From NCBI GenBank assembly GCA_964016885.1, contig OZ024743.1, positions 237,646,001 to 237,710,000 of the forward strand: a stretch of DNA of 64,000 nt, given 5' to 3'. The position numbers and the translations under genes were made by a program. Every line of letters begins with the position of its first letter. The stretch's first letter is position 1. Positions 1 through 11,732 of this stretch are shown here, in pieces. Below the pieces are notes generated by a model that saw nothing but the letters and a program-made list of their open reading frames with translations, did no database searches and was not told the DNA's origin. This DNA is from Eledone cirrhosa. Its lineage: Eukaryota.

Positions 1-946
1 CCTCGATTCCGACGAGGACAGACGCGGCCAGCCAAGAAGGGGTCATTCCGGGGGGGACGTGGGTCAGTTTGACCCTCACAATTTTTTGCCCGCAGTAGGA
101 GGGCACCAACACCATTTCCTCGCTCCTTAGGGTCACTACTGATTGGGCCTTTGCCTCCTGGGGTGTGGCAAAAAGTACGTCTACGGTGGCATATTTTTTG
201 CCTCGGGTGATGTGCGTTTTCCGCTGCCACACAGACCCCAAAGCTTTTTGTATTTGGGCCTCTGTGGCTCTTTCCACCCTACGGGATTTTGTACTTACTG
301 TACGGTACGTGACCGTACAGTGCTCTTGGGTTTCGAAAAAATTTTTCGCTGCCTTGCAGATTGCTCGGTGTCCGTTCTTTGTCACCATCTTCTTCGCTTC
401 CTCTAATTCCTCATTTGTTATGAGGATTGTTTCCAAGTTTTTCGCAATACCTGCAAATGAGATTGGTTTTTCTCTGCTGTTGTTGTTGTCGTCAGAGCTG
501 CTGGTACTTTTGTTGTTGCTGCAGGTACTACGACTACTGCCTCCGCCGCTGTTGCTGTGGTTGTTGTTGGTGTTGCTGCTGCTAATGCTGTTGTTGTTTA
601 TGCTGCTGGTGATGCTGTTGCGGCTGCTACTGTTGTTTTCATTGTCACTGTTGCTGTTGTTATTACGGCTGCTACTGCTATTATTCCTGACGTCAGACGA
701 ATGAACTGGGTTTTCGTATTTCCCGCACACCTGTTTCGTCGCTGTCGTCGTCGTCGTGGAGAAACCTTGCACGCTTTGCACGAGACTTTTCTTTTCTTTC
801 GTCGCTTGCGAAAGAGAAGGGAGGGAGAGAGACACATTTAAAGAAGGGAGGGAGAGAGACAATCTTCTCTCTGCTGTAGTGATGATTGAGGAAGAAGAAG
901 ACGGAATGAGTGGGAGTGACGTATGAAATTTCTTTTTCGTAGCCAT
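1..946 (-). CDS. ORF1 (gag-like, putative RRM) of an L1/Tx1-like LINE; runs off the window edge
   Basis: Manual translation: ATG at 946 (MATKKKFHTSLP...), no stop to position 1 (~315 aa), so absent from the ORF track. S/N-rich linker, then KPISFAGIAK...YATVDVLFATPQEA...VRVKLTHVPPGMTPSWLAA, resembling Tx1-type ORF1. Confidence 0.6.
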   Translation of the reverse strand, partial: MATKKKFHTSLPLIPSSSSSIITTAERRLSLSLPSLNVSLSLPSLSQATKEKKSLVQSVQGFSTTTTTATKQVCGKYENPVHSSDVRNNSSSSRNNNSNSDNENNSSSRNSITSSINNNSISSSNTNNNHSNSGGGSSRSTCSNNKSTSSSDDNNNSREKPISFAGIAKNLETILITNEELEEAKKMVTKNGHRAICKAAKNFFETQEHCTVTYRTVSTKSRRVERATEAQIQKALGSVWQRKTHITRGKKYATVDVLFATPQEAKAQSVVTLRSEEMVLVPSYCGQKIVRVKLTHVPPGMTPSWLAASVLVGIE

Positions 947-1160
947 GTTGTTTTTTGTTTAAAATGAATATTGGGTACAAAACCCCAATAACTGGTTATT
1001 TAGCCCCGAAGGGCCAAATAACGGACAGAAAGACCCCTCTCACGAGGAGGAGGGTGTCTTTATCAACAATTTGGTTCAAGTTTTAAACAATTTACAATTG
1101 TTTTAACGGTTAAAAATTACTATACCTTACAGAGCCGAGCCTCCGTCAACCATGGCATTC
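947..1160 (-). mobile_element. 5' UTR of the L1/Tx1-like LINE, with three hairpins; abuts an (AAT)n tract
   Basis: Stems at 969-990, 995-1022 (C-UUCG-G loop on minus strand) and 1029-1061; (aat)n at 1161-1189. Confidence 0.5.
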
Positions 1161-1189
1161 AATAATAATAATAATAATAATAATAATAA

Positions 1190-3180
1190 GCATTCGATAG
1201 TTTGCCACACAGTTGGATTGAAAAATGTTTAGAGATTTTCAAAATATCCCCCGTTGTCAGGAGGTTTTTGTTATTCAGTATGAAGACATGGAATGTGACA
1301 CTCCTTTTGAATAGTGAAACAAAATCACTGGAAGCTGGAGAAGTTAATATTAATTGTGGAATTTTTCAGGGTGACTCTTTATCACCGCTTTTATTCTGCA
1401 TCGCACTTATACCATTAAGTAAAATGCTCAATGAAACAAAACATGGATATAAAGTCTATGACAAAACCATTAATCACCTGTTCTACATGGATGACCTGAA
1501 ACTATTTGCAAAAAATGATGAACAATTGCAAGGGCTATTATCTACTGTGGAGCAGTTCAGTGATGACATTAAAATGGAGTTTGGACTAGATAAATGCGCC
1601 AAAGCAACGTTCACCAGAGTAAAGCTGCTGAAGAGTTCAGACATTAATCTTGATCGGGGAAACGTGATAAGAGAACTTGATCAAGAAAAAACTTACAAAT
1701 ATCTAGGTGTTTGTGAAGGAGACGGAATCAAGCACTCGACAATGAGGGAAAGGATAAGGAAGGAATGTTACCGCAGAGTAAGAGAAATCTTAAGAACGGA
1801 ATTGAATGCAAGGAATAGGATCGATGCCATAAACACGCTTGCCATACCACTAGTAACCTACAGTTACAATGTCATCAACTGGTCAAGCACAGAGATCCGT
1901 AGGCTCGATACAAAAATTCGAAAATTCTTAACCATGCACAGAATGCATCACCCTAAGGCAGATATAGATAGAATATATCTCCCTAGGAAAGAAGGAGGAC
2001 GTGGGTTAATCCAGTTAGATATTGCGTTGAAAACTGCAACAATTGGATTATCTACATATCTAAGGGAATCACATGATTGGATGATCAAACTCGTTTTGAA
2101 ACACGAAAGCATCAAAAGATCATATTCCATTACAAAAGATGCACAAAGATACAGTAATGGACTACAAATTTCAGAAGTCCCATTTACTGCTGAAATGGAA
2201 AATACAGAAAAAGCAAAGCAGGTAAAAGTAACTGCAAAGAAAGAACTGCTACAGAAACTGGCTAAGAAATGGCAAGAAAAGCCTCTGTATGGAAAATACC
2301 CAGAGCGAGCTAACAATCCTGATGTTGACAAAACTTTAACCCATCAGTGGTTGGCATCCTCTGGACTGAAATCGGAGACTGAAGGACTGATTATATCAGC
2401 ACAAGATCAGTGTCTGCCAACAAAAAATTACCAAGCCAACATAATAAAAAAATGGGTGCAGCCCATTATGCCGTGTATGCAAAAAACAACCAGAGACCAT
2501 TGACCATATAATTTCAATGTGCAGTCCTATAGCTCCAACCGAATACCTAAACAGGCATGACAGAGCTGCACAATACATACATTGGATAATGTGTAAGCAT
2601 TTTGACCTGCCCCATCAAAAGAATTGGTGGGAGCATCAACCACCTCCCATACTTGAAAAAGATCACATCTCAATCTTGTGGAACTTTAGCATCCAAACAG
2701 ACCGAAAAATAGATGCAAATAGACCTGATATAATATTGAAGGACTTTAAAAAGAGGGTATGCCTGCTAATTGATATGTCTGTTCCAATAGACAAGAATGT
2801 ATCTATAAAAACATTTGAAAAATTGAGCAAGTATAAGGACCTGGAGATAGAAATTGGAAAAATGTGGAAATTGAGAACTAAAACAATACCAGTGGTTGTA
2901 AGCGCTCTGGGAATGATACCTAAGGGGTCTAATGATTACTTATCGCAAACCCCAGGAAACCCGCGTATAGGAGAAATACAAAAGGTAGTACTAATGGGAA
3001 CTGCCCATATACTAAGGAAGATTCTGTCAATATAAGTACATCAAAAGTCTAAACACTAAAGATGCATGTGTGAGTATGTATGTTCTTTCTTGAACATGGC
3101 GGACCTTGTTGTCTCTTGAGGTCACTGGTTGTGACTTGGTGATAACTCGTATGAACATAAAGCAAGATAAATGCAACTGT
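1190..3180 (+). mobile_element. 5'-truncated R4/Dong-clade non-LTR retrotransposon (RT + CCHC + RLE), frameshifted
   Basis: ORF 1202-2503: GIFQGDSLSPLLF, HLFYMDDLKLF, YLPRKEGGRGL. Frameshift in an A-run near 2450, then CRVC...HIISMC knuckle, RHD, NRPDII, LIDMSVP, KYKDL (ORF to 3035). Flanked by (AAT)n on both sides. Confidence 0.9.
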
Positions 3181-3198
3181 AATAATAATAATAATAAT

Positions 3199-3608
3199 TG
3201 ATATGTCCGTTCCAATAGACAAGAATGTATCTATAAAAACATTTGAAAAATTGAGCAAGTATAAGGACCTGGAGATAGAAATTGGAAAAATGTGGAAATT
3301 GAGAACTAAAACAATACCAGTGGTTGTGGGCGCTCTGGGAATGATACCTAAGGCGTCTAATGATTACTTATCGCAAATCCTAGGAAACCCGCGTATAGGA
3401 GAAATACAAAAGATAGTACTAATGGGAACTGCCCATATACTAAGGAAGATTCTGTCAATATAAGTACATCAGAAGTCTAAACACTAAAGATGCATGTGTG
3501 AGTATGTATGTTCTTTCTTGAACATGGCGGACCTTGTTGTCTCTTGAGGTCACTGGTTGTGACTTGGTGACAACTCGTATGAACATAAAGCAAGATAAAT
3601 GCAACTGT
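3199..3608 (+). mobile_element. Second short 3' copy of the same R4/Dong element, inserted in the first copy's (TAA)n tail
   Basis: Near-identical to 2771-3180 (ORF 3203-3463 MSVPIDKNV...RKILSI plus 3' UTR), followed by (TAA)n. Confidence 0.9.
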
Positions 3609-3627
3609 AATAATAATAATAATAATA

Positions 3628-3959
<332 letters not shown>

Positions 3960-4234
3960 GCGAGGTTTTTTTATATGAAATCGTGTATCGAAACAAATAT
4001 TGTTATACTTGGGGAGGGTCATATTATGGTAATAATATTGCCAGAAATAATAACAGAACGCACTCACTGTTTGGTTGGTTTTCGCTTCTGTATCTTTTAT
4101 ATCTCCACAGTTAATTAATTCGGTCCTTAATGTTTACCATTGACTGACCAACGGTAAAAAATACAGATATAATATAGATATAAACACATATATATACTCT
4201 AACAAAGTTCTTTCGTTGCATCATAAGTGTACCA

Positions 4235-4262
4235 CTGATGATGTTGCAGATGTGCAACGAAA
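4235..4262 (+). ncRNA. Hammerhead ribozyme-like core (minimal PLE type)
   Basis: CTGATGA-T-GTTGCA-gatg-TGCAAC-GAAA; stems I and III are degenerate. Confidence 0.55.
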
Positions 4263-4401
4263 GAACTTTGTTAGACTATAGATATGTATTTATATCTGTA
4301 TTTTTGACTGTGAGTCAGTCAATGATAAACATTGATATAGAGTGAGTGTGTTCTGTTATTATTTCTGGCAATATTATTATTATAACAATATAACAATTGA
4401 T

Positions 4402-4779
4402 TGGTGGATTGGCAGTATCGGTAGAGGGTCGGACGCCATGCTTTCCAGCATAGTTACGTCCCTTTACGATCTGAGTTCAAATCCCGCCGAGGTTGACTTT
4501 GCCTTTCATCCTTACGGGGTCGATAAAATAAAGTACCAGTAATGCACTGGGTAATTGCTGGCCTTGTGCCTAAAGTAGAAACAATTAGTAGGGCGGTGGA
4601 TTGGCAGTATCGGTAGAGGGTCGGACGCCATGCTTTCCAGCATAGTTACGTCCCTTTACGATCTGAGTTCAAATCCCGCCGAGGTTGACTTTGCCTTTCA
4701 TCCTTACGGGGTCGATAAAATAAAGTACCAGTAATGTACTGGGTAATTGCTGGCCTTGTGCCTAAAGTAGAAACAATTA
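4402..4779 (+). mobile_element. Two tandem copies of tRNA-derived SINE family A (Nin/Deu-like core)
   Basis: ~190-bp units with A box (tggcagtatcgg), B box (gagttcaaatcc), core gttgactttgcctttcatccttacggggtcgataaaataaagtacc and (TTA) tail. TSD-like tattattataacaatat on both sides. Confidence 0.85.
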
Positions 4780-4933
4780 TTATTATAACAATATGACCCT
4801 CCCAAGGCGTTAACCCCCGGTGTTTGCATAGCTATGGCTTCCTAAAACCGTATTTCTTTGGAGATACGAAATATTTATACATATTGTATAAAGCTATGCT
4901 TGAAGCGAAATCCTATTTCTTTTTTATTATATA

Positions 4934-5280
4934 CTAGCAGATTTACCCGGCGTTTCCCGGGGTTTGAAATGCAACAAAGAATAAACAAGAAACAAACGAT
5001 AATATTAGTGATTTATCTTCAAATGAATGTGATGTTTATATTTCTGTCAATAAAGTTGGTTATCGCCCTTTTTTATAAGGATTGTCAATAAAGTTGGTTA
5101 TCTCCCTTAAATCAATTTTGCTACCGATAAGTTTGATATCGATTTTTTATTGCTCAACGTGGGTATATTTGAATAATGTTTGTGATATGACAATCTTAGC
5201 GACCTGTGCAACGTGCACAGAAAATTTGGTCAAATTCAGTTGGTAATTGTAAAAGCCTTAAGTATGCAAAGTTGTACACA
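4934..5280 (-). mobile_element. Non-autonomous Helitron 3' end (inner boundary approximate)
   Basis: Minus strand reads cccgg-gaaacg-ccggg hairpin followed by taaatctgCTAG-T. Confidence 0.55.
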
Positions 5281-5286
5281 GACACG

Positions 5287-5397
<111 letters not shown>

Positions 5398-5399
5398 GT

Positions 5400-5463
5400 A
5401 TGGAAAAATGTTCAAGACCCCGACGGCAGAGCTCAAGCCGTTTCAACGGCTATTTCTGGACTA
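5400..5463 (-). mobile_element. Short fragment of PLE-like pLTR family P3
   Basis: Matches 53862-53925 and 40101-40160; lies between (TA)n and a simple repeat. Confidence 0.6.
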
Positions 5464-5488
5464 TCTATATGTCCAACTATCTATCTCT

Positions 5489-5556
<68 letters not shown>

Positions 5557-5589
5557 TTATATATATATAGATAGATAGATAGATAGATA

Positions 5590-6625
5590 GGGCGGGTAAA
5601 ATTCCCGAGATCCATGGACGAGTTCTCTCCAGCGGTCTCCGTTCCTCATCATCGCTGCCATGTCTTGCGTCTCCAAGAGACCAGTGTCTGTCCTTAGGGC
5701 ATCAACATATGTCATACTCGGTCTCCTTCATCCAGTGTGTCCATGCAGAGGCTTCCAAGGGAGCACTGAGTGCAGTATCAACTCTGGATGTCGGTGAGCA
5801 TGTCCAGCAAACCTCAGTCCCCCCCTGTGCTACATTTGTGCTGACTTTTGGGAGGCTCCCGTACAGCTCTGAGTTCTTCATCCTCAGGGCCATCCTTAGC
5901 ATTTTCGTGTAGCACCCATCCACCATCTGAGTGAGCTTCTTGGCCAGTGTCCAAGTCTCTGACCCGTACAGCCCCACAGACTCCACTACATCAACGAAGA
6001 GACGGATCTTCAGGTCTTTACGAAGGGCCGACTTCCACACCGATCAAACTGTGGCAGGCCGTCCAGGCTTTGCTCTTCCTCTCGACCACAACTTCTCTAT
6101 TCTTCCCAATCTTTGCTCTCAGATACAGGAAGTCCTCAACCAATTCTAGCGGCTTCCCGCCTACATTAGTAATCTTCTCTGGCTTCTTAATATTCTCTAC
6201 TAGATACCCCGTCTTAATCTCATTCATTCTCAGCCCCACACTCATCGACACAGTCTCCACCTCCTGCATCAAATACTCTGCTTCCTTCACTGTATTTGTG
6301 TCCAAAACTATGTCGTCAGCAAATTCAGCATCCGATATATTTTTCGCCTCAATTCTCCTGCTCTGAACCAGTGTTACAGTAAAGCCAGAGTCCTGGTGTT
6401 TCTCCAGTGCAAGGCGCATACAATAGTCCACTGCGATGATGAAAAGGTAAGGAACCAATGTATCTCCCTGGAGCACTCTAGCCAGTATCTCAAAGAACTC
6501 CGTCATCCCATCAGGTGTAATGACTTGAGCTTTGGTGTTGGTGTAGAGCAGTGATATCAGGTCCACTATCTTCTTGGGGATTCCATAAGCCTGTAAGATC
6601 TTCATCAGTGACGGTCCACAGAATC
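5590..6625 (-). mobile_element. RTE-clade LINE fragment (RT and thumb), degenerate
   Basis: ORFs 6018-6605 (VLQGDTLVPYLFII, DAEFADDI) and 5702-6040 (LKIRLF...ESVGLYGSETWTL...DGCYTKMLRMAL). Confidence 0.85.
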
Positions 6626-6634
6626 TCTATATAT

Positions 6635-7127
6635 ATATTGATGCAATTCAATTCAAGTACTCAACGCATTTTTCCACATAGGAGTGACGGAGTATATTTA
6701 GAATAAGAAAATGCGAAGTAGTTTCAGATGTTAAAGTCCTTTATTGATAATGCTGTGATACATATTTCAATGACGACAGTGGCCACACTCTTCGGTGTAC
6801 CCAGTGCCATGACATCATCAGACAGCTTCTTATATAATAAGGTTATGTTCCCGAGGCAATCCAAATTGAATCGACAAGGGAACGGACAGAGCGGGTATTC
6901 TTGAATCCTTCGCCCGTTCCCTTGTTATGTAAGAAGCTGTCTGATGATGTCACGACACTGGGTACACGGAATCGTGTGGCCACTGTCGTCATTAAAATAT
7001 GTATCACAGCATTACCATTAAAAGACTTTAACATCTGAAACTACTTCACATTTCTTATTCTAAATATACTCCGTCACTCCTATGTGGAAAAAGGACGTTG
7101 AGTGCTTGAACTGAATTGCATCAATAT
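6635..7127. repeat. ~490-bp fold-back element (family P4; ~205-bp diverged arms) between (TA)n tracts
   Basis: 6635-6842 is the reverse complement of ~6920-7127; nested stem 6872-6883/6913-6924; CTGATGA in each arm near the turn. Confidence 0.85.
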
Positions 7128-7136
7128 TTACATTAA

Positions 7137-7249
<113 letters not shown>

Positions 7250-7382
7250 CGTGTGTGTGTGTGTGTGTGCATGTGTGTGCGTGCGTGTGTGTGTGTGTGT
7301 GTGTGTATAACAAAATTTGTTTTCGCTCTAACATGGTGGATACCAAAATGTGAATAATAATAATAATAATAATATGATAATA

Positions 7383-7488
7383 AGAGTTACGTCCCCTTAC
7401 GAATTAAGTTTAAATCCCGCCGAGGTTAGCTTTGCCTTTCATCCTTACGGTGTCGATAAAATAAAGTACCAGTAATGTACTGAGTAAT
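7383..7488 (+). mobile_element. SINE family A, partial
   Basis: B box and core, after (AAT)n. Confidence 0.75.
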
Positions 7489-7610
7489 CAGGCTCTTGTA
7501 CCAGTGGTAGCTGGGAGAAAATAGTCGACAATTGTTTCAGAGTTGTTGCTCCTTATCGAGACAATGTATCCTCGTCGCAGCTACCCCTTGCAACATAGTA
7601 TATATATATA

Positions 7611-7720
7611 TGAAGACGCGTGGTTTAGTAGGTATTCGGCTCTAGATCGAAAGGTCATGAGTTCGATTCCCGGTGTCCTTCAGCAAGACACTTTATTTCG
7701 CGTTGCTTTAGTCCACTGTA
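7611..7720 (+). mobile_element. SINE family B (tRNA head, CORE-like), partial
   Basis: gacgcgtggtttagtagg A box, gagttcgattcc B box, gtccttcagcaagacacttta core. Confidence 0.7.
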
Positions 7721-7964
7721 CCAATAATTCGAAGAGCTCATATATATATATTGCCTGGGTAGGTAAAATAATATCGGCTTTGATGAAAAGGTGTTGATCT
7801 TAGCGACTGCTTCTCGATGACTCATCTATGGCCACACACAGGCCATGCGGGGGAGGGTGGTGATGACCTCTAACACTGAGAAACTCGGGTGACTGACGAA
7901 GGGGAATGCTGAGGCAGGGAGGTAATGACCTCTAATACTAAGTCAAATCTCACGCTACTTGATT

Positions 7965-8632
7965 GGAAACCGATGAATTCTCAAATATACATCTAAAAGC
8001 TCAGACGACGTCAGTGGCCATCGTTTTGCCTTTGACATTCTATAAGATGTGCAATGATAGGTTCTATCGTAGTATAAAAGTTGAGCCAAATAAATTGATT
8101 TATGTGTGAGATGGAGCCGAATTTTCGAATTTGAACGAAATCGGTTGTAAAATGTGGGCGCTAGAGCCGAAAAGGCGGAAATTAGAGCAAAAAGGTGGTA
8201 TTTTCGAGTATTTAAGCGGCTGCCACGCCGTTCCTGAAAAAAAAAATCCAAAATGTTAAGCCATTTTAAGACGTGAAATAATCAGATCTAGCATAGTGTA
8301 AAATTTGAACAAAGTAGGTTGGTTAATACGTCCTCCTTGAATAACAAATGCAAAATATAAAGCCATTACAGGATGTGTAATGATACATTCTATTTTGCTT
8401 TAAAATTTGAACGAAATCGGTGGTCAAATGTGGGAGCTAGAGCCAAAAATCTTATTTTTCGATACCTTAAAAAAAGGTGACTTCCCCCTATCGATTTTTA
8501 TCTGCAGAATGACCCCAGAAAAAAAGACGATATACTGATATATAGAAAACACTCCATGATGACTAATCTATGAGCCTGTAAAATTTCATGAAAATCGGTC
8601 GTAAGATGTAGGCCTCTATAGGTAATGCACAG

Positions 8633-8672
<40 letters not shown>

Positions 8673-8690
8673 CTAATTTTATATATATAC
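7965..8690 (-). mobile_element. Non-autonomous Helitron/Helentron-like element with internal subrepeats
   Basis: Minus-strand start tatatataaaattaggtatg(tg)n...ccgattttcatgaaattt; repeated gaacgaaatcgg...tgtgggagctagagcc. No clear 3' CTAG seen. Confidence 0.5.
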
Positions 8691-8887
8691 AGATATATAT
8701 ATATATATATATATAAATAATGAGTTATTTGGTTTGTTGATTATTCAACAAAGTTAATTTATAACAGATTAAAACCAAATATTGTAATTTATCTGACGAA
8801 AGCGTACTAAATAGTGGTACCCTTGAAATATGTATAATAAAATAAATATGGTTTTATAAAGATATTTTCCATTTATTAATATTATTG

Positions 8888-8942
<55 letters not shown>

Positions 8943-8959
8943 TAGGATACCTTCTTCCA

Positions 8960-9258
8960 CAAATAACTATGGTTTCGCACCTAGAAAGTCCCCCTCCGAG
9001 GTACAAGCCTGGGCAAGGTATGTTTGTGGAAGACCAGCAGTGACCCATGCAAACCAGTTCCTCCTCTCCCCGCCACCGATATTGTGCAAGAGAAAGGCAA
9101 TGGCTGATACAGCTTGGTACCAGTGATGTCATAACTCATTTCTACAGCTGAGTGAACTGGTGCAACGTGAAATAAAGTGTCTTGCTCAAGTATACAGCGC
9201 ACTGCCGGGTCCAGAATTGAAACTAACGACTTTACGATTGTGAGCTGAACGCTCAAAT
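8960..9258 (-). mobile_element. SINE family B variant
   Basis: Reverse complement contains cttgagcaagacactttatttcacgttgc...cactcagctgtagaaatgag core. Confidence 0.75.
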
Positions 9259-9367
9259 CGTCAGAACCAATCCATTAGCAGAGTAGGATGGACAGAGAAA
9301 TGAACTCTCTTCTCTGAATGAACATGTATGTGAAAATTAATTTTTTTCCCTCTCTACTTTATTATTA

Positions 9368-9800
9368 TCAAGTTTCACCTGGAAAGGAAGGTGAGGGTGG
9401 AGAGAGAAGTGCTGCCCCCAGTACATTTGCTAAAAGGTGGATGAATGTGGCGAGAATGGCCCGTGTGAATGGGCCTACTCTGACCATGCACTTATAGGCT
9501 AGCTAATTTGAGGAGGAGAGGGGTGCTCTCTCCCTGGGTGCCCCAGAAGCGCAGGGTGGTTCAGGATTGGTGGGGTACCCGAGTCACCCCTGGGTCGTCC
9601 ACCCCCATAGGGGAATTTATTTTGTTATATTTATGCATAGTTTATTTTATATTTTTATATCTTCATTGTTAAATTAGTGTTGCCATTGTGCACTTTTACT
9701 CGACCTTATTGTAAACCCCCACTGTCTGCGTCTTTGTATTGACCCCTACATGTCGGCCCTTGTGGCCAATAAATGAAATCATTATCATTATTATTATTAT
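9368..9800 (+). mobile_element. 3' end of an L1/Tx1-like LINE (ORF2 C-terminus, 3' UTR, AATAAA, (ATT)n tail)
   Basis: Frameshifted KFHLERKVRVEREVL/PSTFAKRWMNVARMARVNGPTLTMHL*, then ccaataaatgaaatc(att)n; (tta)n at the 5' junction. Confidence 0.55.
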
Positions 9801-10152
9801 TTTCACTATTTGTACAAATATGCAACTGAATAATATTCTGCATATCCGCAATTGACAATGCATTTAATGCTGAAACCGGTATTGTAAATAAATTAATGTT
9901 TTGATATTTCACTGAAAAAATCTCTTCAACATTTTCTACTGAAAAATTCTTTTTCCTTTCTAATATTTGTTTTTATATCAACTCGTGTGTTATCTTCCTA
10001 CATTCGATATATATATATATATATGATTTATTTTCTTTTGGTCGTTTTGGAAGCCTCAACAATGCAGATGGGTAAGTCTCCTGGTAACAGGATCCGGTGG
10101 TGAAGAGAGAGATAATCTTATTATTACACAATGTTTCAAACAAACTTCAATA

Positions 10153-10202
<50 letters not shown>

Positions 10203-10235
10203 AAGTAAGTATGTTTTGAAACATTGAACGAGTTT

Positions 10236-10447
10236 TAAATTAGAAAATAGAATAGCTTTCACCGTATTTTTGACTAAAGAAACTTTAGCCTGATAATGGG
10301 GTTTAGAACCCTCAAATAAATGGAAAAAGATGAGTATTGACGTCAATACACATCTTTTTCCATTTATTTGAGGGTTCTAAACTCCATTATCAGGCTAAAA
10401 TTGCTTTAGTAAAAAATACGGTGAAAGCTATTCTATTTTCTAATTTA
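10236..10447. repeat. 212-bp near-perfect palindrome with no spacer
   Basis: Centre tattgac|gtcaata at 10341/10342; single arms of the same sequence at 21945-22062 and 31710-31802. Confidence 0.9.
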
Positions 10448-10453
10448 TATATA

Positions 10454-10800
10454 TATATTTGAAAAAAAAAAAAGGAAAATAATGACTTCACTTGTAGTTC
10501 TATATAATTGGATTTAATTTTATAATATAATATTATGAGTTGGTAAATCTAGTAAGTTCTTTGTTGAATTCGGTGGGAAGATTTTTTAAAGATTCCTTTC
10601 TCGCATTCAATTTGACAATCGCCACCGATGATGCGAGAATGTTTTCCAAGAAAGTTAATCAGGCATCTTTAAAAATCTTCCCACCGAAGTTAACCAAGAA
10701 CTTACTAGATTTACCAACTCATAATATTATAATATTATAAAATTAAATCAAATTATTTAGAACTACAAGTGAAGTCATTCTTTTCCTTTTTTCAAATATA
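10454..10800. repeat. Fold-back element (~140-bp arms) within (TA)n
   Basis: 10454-10596 is the reverse complement of ~10660-10800. Confidence 0.85.
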
Positions 10801-10833
10801 CCTAACTGTACCAAGGACCTCACACATTTTCCA

Positions 10834-10972
<139 letters not shown>

Positions 10973-10986
10973 CGGACACACACATA

Positions 10987-11160
10987 TATGAGTGTCGGCT
11001 GAAAAGTTCATAGGCTGTCCAAGATTCTCTCATGGAATGACCAAATGGGGTTTATTTTCCAGTCCCTGGAAAGAAACACCACAGTTGTTTTCCTTCCAAC
11101 AGTGGAATATTGCGAGGAAAGTAAATGGCGTAAACTCTCCTTGGTAGTTTACCATTCCTC
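10987..11160 (+). mobile_element. Possible mariner-type terminus fragment
   Basis: ta-tgagtgtcggctgaaaagttcatagg resembles mariner TIR starts; partner TIR not found; copy at 23092-23265. Confidence 0.35.
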
Positions 11161-11640
11161 CCATCACAACCCTCTCTCACCCTCCACATCTCTTCCCCCT
11201 CTCTCACCCTCCCCATCTCTTCCCCATCTCTTCCTCCTCTGTCACCCTCCCCATCCCTTCCCCCTCTCTCACCCTCCCCATCTCTTCCCCCTCTCTCACC
11301 CTCCACATCTCTTCCCCCTCTGTCACCCTCCCCATCTCTCTTCCACAACCCCTCCCTCCCCTCCATCCACCCTCTTCCCCCAACTCCCCGTCTCTCTCAC
11401 CCATTCCCCTCTCTCTTCCCCCATTTCCCCCTATCTCTTCCCCAACTCCCCCTCTCTCTCTTTCCCCAACTTCCCCCTCTCCCCCAACTCCCCCTTCCAT
11501 CACTATATCTTCCTCTCTACATATCTCAGTCCTCCCCCTCCCTCACTATATCTTCCTCTCTACATGTCTCAGTCCACCCTCTCCCTCACTATATCCCCCT
11601 CTCTACATGTCTCAGTCCTCCTCCTCTCCCCCACAGTACA
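11160..11640. repeat. Polypyrimidine low-complexity tract
   Basis: C/T-rich with ~27-bp repeats; shorter counterpart at 23265-23630. Confidence 0.85.
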
Positions 11641-11732
11641 CCCTTCATTACTATATTATCAATGATTGCCTCTCATGTCAAATAATTTTCAAAAGAAACA
11701 CTTGGAAGTATTTAGTAACATAACATTCTAGG

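Noticed and set aside
165-704. 179-aa Leu-rich plus-strand ORF resembling a membrane protein
   Set aside because: Antisense shadow of the S/N-rich minus-strand ORF1.
4402-4500. tRNA genes at SINE heads
   Set aside because: A/B boxes are present but there is no cloverleaf; each is followed by SINE core and tail.
6780-6990. Complete hammerhead in family P4
   Set aside because: CTGATGA and a stem III-like AGTG-tggc-CACT-GTC are present, but GAAA is mutated and stems I/II do not pair; kept only as a degenerate motif.
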